A DNA stretch of 64,000 nt, taken from positions 52,204,001 through 52,268,000 of the forward strand of contig OZ024749.1 in assembly GCA_964016885.1 (NCBI GenBank). The letters are read 5' to 3'. A model generated the notes under the pieces. That model did no database searches and had not been told where the DNA came from. It was given only the letters and a program-made list of their open reading frames with translations. Source of the stretch: Eledone cirrhosa (Eukaryota). Shown piece after piece: positions 53,616 to 64,000 of the stretch; the first letter of the stretch is position 1; each line of letters begins with the position of its first letter. The position numbers were made by a program, and so were the translations under genes.

Positions 53616-54929
53616 ACAAGTCAACACAGAGGCATGTGGCATGTTAGCCACACAATTATGTTGTATATTAACCACACAACCATGGGGCATATTAACTACA
53701 CAACCATGTGTTATACTAACTAGACAACCATGTGGTATATTAACCACCCAACCATGTGGTATATTAACTAGACGCACATGTGGTATATTAGCTGCTCATC
53801 CATATGGTATATTAACTAGACAACCAACCATGGGGCATATTAACTACAGAACCATGTGGTATATTAACCACACAGCCATGTGGTATATTAACCACATAGT
53901 CATGTGGCATATTAAAACATTTTTCAACACTAGCAATAATGTTTATAGCCTGAATAATGATCAAATTAACAACATTTCATCTCAGATATTTGGTTATTTA
54001 ATCAGCCTTGGTATGTATATATGTGTGCATGTATGTGTGTGTCTGTGTGTGTATATATGTGTATGTGTATGTGTGTATATATGTGTGTGTATGTATATAT
54101 ATATGTGTGTGTATGTATATATATATGTGTGTGTATGTGTGTATATATGTGTGTATATATGTGTGTATGTGTATATATATGTGTGTGTATGTGTGTATAT
54201 GTGTGTGTATGTGTGTATATATGTGTGTATGTGTGTATGTGTGTATATATATGTGTGTATGTGTGTATATATGTGTGTATACATGTGTGTATGTGTATAT
54301 ATATGTGTGTGTATGTGTGTATATATGTGTGTGTATGTGTATATATATGTGTGTGGATGTATGTATGTGTGTGTCTGTATATGAGTGTGTATGCATGTTT
54401 GTGTATCTGTGCATGTGTGTGTATGTGCTTGAGTGTGTGTGTGCATGTTTTCATGTGCACATGTGTATGCATGTGTGTATCTGTACATGTGTGTATGAGT
54501 GTGCATGTGGTTGTGTTTTCATGTATGCTTGTGTGTATGAGTGTGTGTGTATCTGTGTATGAGTGCATATGTGCATGTGTTTTCATGTATGTGTGTGTGT
54601 GTGTATGTATGTATATCTAACCTTAAGCCACTTCATGTCAAACTTTATATCTGAAGGGACCAAATAGCTTCAAGTTATCACAGGAGAAATTGGTTGGAGA
54701 ACAAATGATAAATGATTTCATATATTAACAGACAACAACAACAACAACAACAACATATTAACTGAACTGACTTAGCCTCTCTAGGTTACAGACAACAACA
54801 ATATCATCATGATGACCATCATGATTTTTGCATCATTACCATCACCATCACCATTGCCATCATCATCATCACCATTACCATCATTTTGACATCATCACCA
54901 TCATCATAGCAATTTTTGCATCACCACCA

Positions 54930-55330
54930 GCATCATTTTTATACCCACTCTTTCATATCATTATGGGTTAGCCAAGTCATCTCTAGTAAAACATCTTTTC
55001 ATTTATTCCTATCATTTGTCATCTCCTTTGTGAGGTTCAGCTTCTTGAGGCCAGCTTTAACCACCTCTGTCCATATCTTCCTTGGTCTTCCTCTTCCACA
55101 GCTTCCCTCCACTGGGAACTCTTGGCACTTCAATACCCAACAATCATCATTCATATGAGTTACTTGTCGATACCAGAGCAGTCTTCTCTCCTGCACACAT
55201 CTGATTTCTCTTATACTCAGTCTTGTCACAACCCATCCAACAAAACATGTTTGATTCATTTCTCTTCATCCAAGACATTTTATGCCAGTTTTTCTACAGA
55301 TATACACCTTACATGACCTTACACCTTACT
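54930..55330 (-). mobile_element. Decayed RTE LINE ORF2 C-terminus
   Basis: VQERRLLWY...VEGSCGRGRPRKIWTEVVK; homologous to 21363-21608. Confidence 0.85.
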
Positions 55331-55359
55331 GCATATTTTATGCATGGTTTATATACTGT

Positions 55360-55600
55360 TAGTGTTTGTCAAACAGATACTTTGTAGAGATATATTGTTT
55401 ATCAAACATATACTTTGTGGTGGGGGTGTATTGTTTGTCAAACAGATATATTGTGGGGAGGGGGTATATTGTTTGACAAACAGATATATTGTGGGGGTGT
55501 ATTGTTTGACAAAGATATATTGTGAGGTATATTGTTTGACAAAGATATATTGTGAGGTATATTGTTTGACAAACATATAGTTTGAGGGGGTATATTGTTT
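55360..55600. repeat. ~30-bp minisatellite
   Basis: tattgtttgacaaagatatattgtgaggta. Confidence 0.85.
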
Positions 55601-57120
55601 ATGTTGTTAGTTGAATATCAGTTTGTGACTGTGTAGACAGGGTGTAAAAATACGACATTTGATGATGACCAGATATGAAAGCAATGAATGGGGTTAATAC
55701 AGAAAAATCATTATCTTATGAACAACGACAACAGCAACAACAACAACAACTGCTGCTCTCAGACATTTAGACACAGTTTGGTTCTAGTTTAATGATATTA
55801 TGTTGCAGTTGGTGTCAGTCCAAAGTAGAAAGGACACTAGATTGTATCTAGTTAAATATTCATGGCTAACACCACTGTCTTATCATATGTAATCTCTCTC
55901 TTTATGGAACTAGGAAGTATGCGCAAAAATAATTGCACAAAACTGCACAAAAATTGTACAAAAACTGCACAAAAAATTGCGCATCTTTCTTGTGGTCATC
56001 ATCACCATTTTATGCCTCCATCATCACCATTTTGTGCTTGTATAGGTTGGATGGCTCCTCTCCAGTACAGCTTTTTTCCCCTATATATATATATGTGTGT
56101 ACAGTACACTCTGTAAAAAAAACCTACCAAAGAAAGGGTCAGGAGGACCCTTCAGTTGTGTCAAAGACATTACAACCTCTTTAGTGTTGGTGCCATGAGG
56201 AAATGTACTCAGTAGAATGGAGGATTTTATGTTAAGTTTGATGCAGGGCCCCAATCCATCTGAGAGGTCACGTCAGCAGCTCTGCTTGAGTATTGACTTG
56301 GTTTGTGAAGACCTGTCCAGTCCTTGATAGCAGGGAAGACATGATGATGATGATGATAGTGTGTGTGTGTGAGGGGGAGGGGTATGTGTGCGTTTGCTGT
56401 TTATGTCCCATGTAATTAGTAATTCAACAAAAATGAGATTTCTAAAATAAATATCAGACTTGAAATAAAAACTAACACGGCAGTTGATTCTATTGAATAA
56501 ATTCCTTGAAGATGGTGCTCCAGCATGGCCTCAGTTTGATGACTGAAACCAGTAAAAGAATGAAAGAATAGTGTAATCATGAGAAAATGTCGGTGATATT
56601 GATATGTCTAAAACCTAACAGGAATGCTACTCCATGTCTCTACTGGAAACTACTTGAGAACTGGTTTCTTCAGCTGCACAGCAAATGTAAATATTTGTCT
56701 TGATTATCTCACTAAAGTGTCTCTTGTGTTAACCCTTTAGGATTTAAACCGGCTGTATCCGGCCAGAATTCTCTCACCGTTTTTCTCTTTCAACCAACCA
56801 TAACTGGCTATATCCGGCTGCTCATGATAAGGTATTGTTCTCAAAATGAATAATATCAAAATCTCGTAGATTTGATATTATGTGAGGGAGGACATCTGGC
56901 TGTAAAACATTGTCTGAAAACATCCCGTCCAACCCATGCCGACATAGAAAGTGGATGTGAAAATGATGATTGTAAATATTGCATTTAAAATGGTGTAACT
57001 TATCTACCTGTACAACTTACACACAAGTATATACAGCATAAATATCTGCTGAATATGGATTTACTTTACATTCTAAACTAATCCAACAGCCATCTTACAC
57101 CTTTTCTCTCACCCTATAAT

Positions 57121-57304
57121 TGTTTCTACTTTAGGCACAAGGCCAGCAATTACCCAGTGCATTACTGGTACTTTATTTTATCGACCCCGTAAGGATGAAA
57201 AGCAAAGTCAACCTCGGCGAGATTTGCACTCAGATCGTAAAGGGATGTAACTATGTTGGAAAGCATGGCGGCCGACCCTCTACCGATACTGCCAATCCAC
57301 CGCC
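57121..57304 (-). mobile_element. Full-length tRNA-derived SINE with 20-bp TSD
   Basis: Reverse complement of the 25456 family; TSD cttttctctcacc(c/t)tataat at 57101-57120 and 57305-57324. Confidence 0.9.
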
Positions 57305-58149
57305 CTTTTCTCTCACCTTATAATGTTAGTTCAACTTAAAATTTACAACCATATCACTAAGAAAACACCTAAAAAACCAACAGCAGCAGCAGCAGCAGCA
57401 TCTTTAGCTTCTCTCAGAGAGAGAATTAGAAACTGACACACAGAAAGAAGCAGCAGAGAGTTTCCATTTTTAGGTTTTCTATTGAAACTTTCAAGATTTC
57501 CTCAAGAAATCTAACTTAGGAAAGATATCTACTTGAAATAATCAGTTTTTTTTCTCTCGTTTTATTTTTTAGTTTTATTTCCCCCCGTTGACTGCATCAG
57601 ATGATATTTTTCTCAAACAAATTCCACCATTATACCATCTAAAAACTACATTTACTTTTAGCTAAGTACTATTCATCAAATAAGCAGTAAAGTATTAATG
57701 AGATCAGTTTTCTTGGTATACAATTATTGTATCTGAGAGAGTGTATAATCAATGATACTTAAAGAACCATTTTGTTATTTTGGAATATTCTGGTTAGAGG
57801 CAGATTTCTCTCCTTTAAGTGAGCTCAGAAAATAACTATATCTTTTGTTCAATTTGCAAAAGAAACTGAAAAATAAAAGCAAGGAAATTGATTTTGTTTG
57901 AGAAAAGGCAGCAAAAATCTTGATCATTTCCTAATTAAGGACACAACTCGTTATAGTTCATTCCATCACACAACCCCAACTGCTCTCCAAATTCTCCCAC
58001 AACTTCAAATCACCTCACTCCTTGGAGCTTTGCCAACTTCATGCTTACTACAACATTTGCTATCAAATGTTCTTCATTTTTTACTCATAATAGGTTTTAT
58101 TTAGTGTTTTTCCATGAGGGAGGGGCAACACACAGAATATATTAGCAGT

Positions 58150-58552
58150 ATATATTGTAAAGTTAAGCTATATTCTTTAGAGTTAATACAGTGTGGTCCT
58201 AGTCATATATTGTGAAGTTAAGATATAATTCCTTAGAGTTATTACAGTGTGGCCCTAGTCATATATTGTGAAGTTAAGATATAATTCCTTAGAGTTATTA
58301 CAGTGTGGCCCTAGATATATTTTCTGGAAGATATAAATCCTTAGTTATTATATTGTGGTCCTAGATATATATTCTGGAAGATATAAATCCTTAGTTATTA
58401 CAGTGTGGTCCTAGTTATATATTCTGGAAGATATATATCCTTAGAGTTATTACAGTGTGGCCCTAGATATATATTCTGGAAGATATAAATCCTTAGTTAT
58501 TACAGTGTGGTCCTAGTTATATATTCTGGAAGATATAAATCCTTAGAGTTAT
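58150..58552. repeat. ~50-bp minisatellite
   Basis: Repeating agatataaatccttagttattacagtgtggtcctag..atatattctgga. Confidence 0.9.
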
Positions 58553-59209
58553 TTTGGATCAATAATATTTCCCTTTGATGTTTGACAGAAACAAAATGCT
58601 GCAAAAGCATTTGTTGTAAGAAACATGTTGCACTGCTAATAGCTTCAAATCTCTTTCTATTGTATTTGTGTGGTGGTGGTGGGGAGATAAATTATAGAGA
58701 ATGGTATGTGAGGAATGTGGAGAGGGGTGTGTATATTATAGAGAATGGTATGTATGGAATGTGGGGCGATTAAACAGAAAAATATTTAGCTTTAATAAAG
58801 AATAAAAAGAATAAGAAATGATTGTTGTTTATGTCAAGGAAGACTGGCAGAAGTAATAAAGATATAGGATGGTAATAAATAAAAAAATGAGAGGTGTAAA
58901 TACTATAGAATTGTTTTGGTTAAATCTTCTTTTCTTTAAACATGGAGTAGATTATTCTGTCATATAAGGGGCAAAGCAACTTCCTTATGGTTGCCATCTA
59001 TGATAAAATACACCCAGTACACTCTGTAAATTGGTTGACAGTCAAACAGAGATAATGTAGGTGAGTGTGGGGATGTGGGAAGAAATGACTTTAAAGTCTT
59101 GACGAGAACATGTCAATCTCTTTAATTCTAGTGCCACATTAAAATACACCTAGTACACTCTGTAAAGTTATTGATGATTGAGAATGATTGACAATGTGGG
59201 GCTAGAGGA

Positions 59210-59457
59210 TTCTTCAGTCATGCTGGGTACATGACAACCTCTCTAATGTTGGTGCCACAGTAAAATACACCAGTACACTCTGTAAAGTGGTTGGCATGTG
59301 GAAGGGAATCCAGCTGTAGAAACTATGCCAAAATATGGAATATATGAGCAGCATGTAGTTCTCTAACCCATCTCGTCTTGGTCTTAGATGATCTTCTGTT
59401 CAACCCATACCAGCATGGTAAATGGATGTAAAATGATGATAATGATGGTGATGATGA
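59210..59457 (+). mobile_element. RTE-type 3'UTR/SINE tail fragment
   Basis: cagtacactctgtaaagtggttggc...ccagctgtagaaac...cagcatggtaaatggatgtaaaatgatgat. Confidence 0.7.
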
Positions 59458-60276
59458 ATGGAGTCATTAATAAAAATGGTGAAAAGGACAATCTTTACTT
59501 CATAACTAAAATAACTAATACAGGTGCAGTGGAAGCATTTCTGAATTTGGAGGAAGGGGGGGGGGGGATTTGGTCAATTTAGTTTAGCTGTTATTATCAA
59601 ATATCAACCAAGATATAAAAAAAAATTTGATATGAGATAAACATAACATGTACATAAACTGGAGCGCATATACTAACAGATGTGTGTTTTGGTAGTCTGG
59701 GGAGAAAAATATAATTATTGGGGGGCATGTCCCTCCTGGCTCCCCCTCCCAGTTCCACCTCCCCTGTAATATAAAATATAAATATTGTGGTATTACTAGA
59801 GTGAAAGGAAAGGAAAAGAGAGGAAATTGTTGTGTACGTGACTTAAATAAGATAACTGCAAACATAGAGAAGTCTGTTTGTTCTCGTTTGAAGAGGATTT
59901 AAGTAGACCAACGAAAACAATATATTTGGAAACGCGGGTCGAGGGAGATTTCAATTCAAAATTCTATTTAACATTTCTCACAACTTTAATAAATTAGTTT
60001 TCTCTAGTTTAATGAAATAAATGTCTTTCTTTCCATTTTCTGTTCACTTCTGAAAAAAAAAAAAAATGTTTTTTTAAACCAGAAACAGAAACCATTTTAT
60101 TTTGTCTGTCAAAAGTGAGATACCATTAATAATAGTCTACCTATTTCAAGTCAGATGGTAATAAATCCAACCAATTTACTATTTCAGTAAATAAAGATGT
60201 AGCTTTTCTATACAATAATTGATGTGGTTTTGGGTTGTCTTTTGTTTTTTACTGTACAACTTATTTTGTGTAAATG

Positions 60277-60330
<54 letters not shown>

Positions 60331-60558
60331 GTATGTATTCACAAATCTTTGTTGTTCTCTCCATCATTTTAAATATGATTTTTTGCTCTGCTTATACGAT
60401 TGTTAAACTATCTCTCTTTCCATCTCATCGCATGGCTCGCTAGTCTAACAACCTATATGCATTGAGCACATTACCCTTCTCTGTTCTGGCTTTAATCTGC
60501 ATAACTAATCACCTTTCTCTCCTCCAGATTAGCTTACTTGCTTTTTACCTTGTATGTA

Positions 60559-60609
<51 letters not shown>

Positions 60610-60650
60610 GAAAATGAAAAATGAGTGATGCATCGGAACTCAATTTATTG

Positions 60651-60723
60651 TGTGTTACAATTGTTTTCCTGGTGAACAACTTGAGGTGCGATCTGTGTGT
60701 GGATCGAAGGTTCGTCGGACACG
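60651..60723 (-). ncRNA. Degenerate hammerhead-like motif (family C)
   Basis: Minus strand: cgtgt CCGACGA acct...agg AAAA caattg TA acaca cAATAAA; flanks homologous to 3400-3570. Confidence 0.45.
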
Positions 60724-60870
60724 TCTATTGATTTCGGAGCATATCCTCTTTCTGGGGTTTTTGACCCTACAGGTCTATATCGTCCACCTTCATCCGCTTT
60801 GCGCGTCCTTGGGTTGGTCACTGGTTGCTCAACCGGCATACCACCTATAGAAGCATCTTAGCTACCATTA

Positions 60871-60933
<63 letters not shown>

Positions 60934-60990
60934 ACAGTCTAAAATTGTTAAATCTTTGTAATATTTAAAAATATGTTTTTGTCTTTCCAG

Positions 60991-61047
60991 AGGCTTATAC
61001 TTTACCTTAGTATTGGAGCACTGTTGGATTGTGTGGCTTATCTAATG
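60991..61047 (+). CDS. Next exon of the same GPCR, TM2
   Basis: Acceptor gtctttccAG, donor GTAAGT; phase 0, 57 nt, RLILYLSIGALLDCVAYLM. Confidence 0.8.
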
Positions 61048-61176
61048 GTAAGTAAAACATTGTTATTATTTAGATGTTAGAGTTTAGGGGAAGTATTTGA
61101 AATAGGCTCAGACCAAGGAAACAATGTTTCCATTGGTCTCTCTCTTGTTGATACAATTTGTTGGTCTCAACTCCTG

Positions 61177-62420
61177 GAACTAGAACTAAGAGACAGAGTC
61201 TATATTCAGTACACATGGAACTAGAACTAAGAGACAGGGTCTATATTCAGTACACATGGAGCCAGACCTAAGTGACAGGGTCTATATTCAGTACACATGG
61301 AGCTAGAACTAAGAGACAGGGTCTATATTCAGTACACATGGAGCCAGAACTAAGAGACAGGGTCTATATTCAGTACACATGGAGCTAGAACTAAGAGACA
61401 GGGTCTATATTCAGTACACATGGAGCCAGAACTAAGAGACAGAGTCTATATTCAGTACACATGGAACTAGAACTAAGAGACAGGGTCTATATTCAGTACA
61501 CATGGAGCCAGACCTAAGTGACAGTCTATATTCAGTACACATGGAGCTAGGACTAAGTGACAGGGTCTATATTCAGTACACATGGAGCTAGAACTAAGTG
61601 ACAGGGTCTATATTCAGTACACATGGAGCTAGAACTAAGAGACAGGGTCTATATTCAGTACACATGGAGCTAGGACTAAGTGACAGGGTCTATATTCAGT
61701 ACACATGGAGCTAGAACTAAGAGACAGGGTCTATATTCAGTACACATGGAGCTAGAACTAAGAGACAGGGTCTATATTCAGTACACATGGAGCCAGACCT
61801 AAGTGACAGGGTCTATATTCAGTACACATGGAGCTAGAACTAAGAGACAGGGTCTATATTCAGTACACATGGAGCTAGAACTAAGAGACAGGGTCTATAT
61901 TCAGTACACATGGAGCTAGAACTAAGTGACAGGGTCTATATTCAGTACACATGGAGCTAGGACTAAGTGACAGGGTCTATATTCAGTACACATGGAGCCA
62001 GACCTAAGTGACAGGGTCTATATTCAGTACACATGGAGCTAGGACTAAGTGACAGGGTCTATATTCAGTACACATGGAGCTAGAACTAAGTGACAGGGTC
62101 TATATTCAGTACACATGGAGCTAGGACTAAGTGACAGGGTCTATATTCAGTACACATGGAGCTAGGACTAAGTGACAGGGTCTATATTCAGTACACATGG
62201 AGCTAGGACTAAGTGACAGGGTCTATATTCAGTACACATGGAGCCAGACCTAAGTGACAGGGTCTATATTCAGTACACATGGAGCCAGACCTAAGTGACA
62301 GGGTCTATATTCAGTACACATGGAGCCAGACCTAAGTGACAGGGTCTATATTCAGTACACATGGAGCCAGACCTAAGTGACAGGGTCTATATTCAGTACA
62401 CATGGAGCCAGAACTAAGAG
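61177..62420. repeat. 41-bp minisatellite, ~30 copies
   Basis: ggagctagaactaagagacagggtctatattcagtacacat. Confidence 0.97.
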
Positions 62421-62436
62421 AACAAAACTAGAACAA

Positions 62437-62543
62437 ATAATTGTTTCTACTTTTGGCACAAGGCCAGTAATTACCCAGTACATTACTGGTACTTTATTTT
62501 ATCGACCCTGTAAGGATGAAAGGCAAAGTTAACCTCGGCGGGA
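62437..62543 (-). mobile_element. 5'-truncated SINE (25456 family)
   Basis: Reverse complement of the SINE body. Confidence 0.85.
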
Positions 62544-63584
62544 TCAAATAATGACATTTAATCCACCACATTACTGAATCTCCTGATGTGTCACTTAGTT
62601 ACAAGGTTGTCTTTAATACTATTGAAATATATAACAGCAAGGATTTTAAAGCCATTTTCTCTGTTAAAGTAAGGGTTATCTTTATGGCCCTATAAAAGGT
62701 TTCATATTCATCAGGGGAGCCTTTTTAAAGTAATGTTTTACAGTCAGATGTCCTCCCTGGTGTCAACCCTTTTAGTTAGTTCTCATGGGGACATACAGTT
62801 TAACCAAAACATATAATCCCAAATTATATTATGTGGTAAATTGGCAGAGTTGTTAGAGCATCAAACAAAATGCCTTGTGATATTTGTTCCAAATCTCTGC
62901 ACTCTGGGTTCAAATTTTACCTGTATACCTTTCAGTGTTGATAAAATAAAGTTTAGTCCAGTATTTTTATTTTAAAAGCTGAATTATCCTGCAGTCATGT
63001 TACAACTGATAGTTTCTCCATAATTGATTCTTCAGGCAGTAGATTCAATTTACCTTTATATTTTCATTTCCAAGATAATGAAGGAAAAGATTTTTTCAAA
63101 TAATTCTCGCATTGTCCTCAATGAAGTTCTGTTTTCTGTATATGTTGTTTTGTCTATGTTTATGCTTCATTAATTTGATTAAATTTTATTAGGAGACAAT
63201 AATTAATTAGATTATATTTTATTGTCGCGTGATTAATGATAGAGTTGTAGCAAGAACAATAGCATAATTATGTTAAATTTTCAGAAGCTTTATCAAGATA
63301 TCCTTAAGAGGAGTAAATATTATGGCCATTGTTTAAAACAGTGTTAGATTTAACGAGAGTATCAATCTAATTAGCTAATTTGGATTTTTCTGTTTTCTTC
63401 TAATCTTATTTTGGGAGACATAATTATTCAAGCAATTGAGATGTCATAAATTTATCTAATTTAAAACAGATTTAGTTGGTTTCTTCAGAAATAAGATATC
63501 ATAGCTATCAGCACAGATGTTTTCCAGGATAAACTCCCACATGTTTTAAGAACAAACTGTCACTTTAGCTTTTATTTCAGTACA

Positions 63585-64000
63585 TTGTATCCCTGTGTAT
63601 ATCTGGTTTACAATAGGTACACCATATCCCTGTGTATATCTAGTTTACAATAGGTACACCATATCCCTGTGTATATCTGGTTTACAATAGGTACACCATA
63701 TCCCTGTGTATATCTAGTTTACAATAGGTACACCATATCCCTGTGTGAATTTGGTTTACAACAGGTACACCGTATCCCTATGTATATCTAGTTTACAACA
63801 TGTACACCATAGCCATGTGTATATCTGGTTTACAATAGGTACACCATATCCCTATGTATATCTAGTTTACAACATGTACACCATATCCCTGTGTATATCT
63901 GGTTTACAATAGGTACACCATATCGCTGTGTATATCTGGTTTACAATAGGTACACCATATCCCTGTGTATATCTGGTTTACAATAGGTACACCATACCGC
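63585..64000. repeat. 37-bp minisatellite running to the window edge
   Basis: atatccctgtgtatatctggtttacaataggtacacc. Confidence 0.95.

Noticed and set aside
60722-60756. Second hammerhead upstream of 60651 (cagaaaga gga..tcc gaaa)
   Set aside because: No UH site or helix I; not conserved in the sister copy at ~3540-3570
62686-62720. Minus-strand CTGATGA atat GAAA
   Set aside because: Helix II too short and helix III unpaired; likely chance

Overview
AT-rich, microsatellite-dense animal genomic DNA. The SINE, RTE and minisatellite content suggests a cephalopod (octopus-like); this is an inference. Almost all ORFs in the supplied track are artefacts of microsatellites or minisatellites. Real coding signal: (i) two phase-compatible + strand exons (50960-51014, 60991-61047) encoding TM1-ICL1-TM2 of a cAMP-receptor-like/GPR157-type GPCR; (ii) an unidentified terminal exon on the - strand (15327-15524); (iii) decayed retroelement ORFs, namely a Penelope-like RT/GIY-YIG element and three RTE-clade LINE fragments. 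The rest is tRNA-derived SINEs, TTAA/CCC-ended MITEs, Helitron-like pieces and many minisatellites, several born from TE ends. The most striking signal is non-coding. I folded by hand 13 type-I hammerhead ribozyme (HHR) motifs from about 9 unrelated sequence families, plus several 3' half-ribozymes. Nearly all sit in short modules (HHR, usually an AATAAA-like signal, pyrimidine/T-rich tail) embedded in (TA)n tracts, often as fold-back inverted repeats, and some carry non-canonical cores (CAGAAGA). This looks like a dense population of Penelope-derived or retrozyme-like ribozyme elements. All folds were made by eye and none is experimentally or computationally verified.
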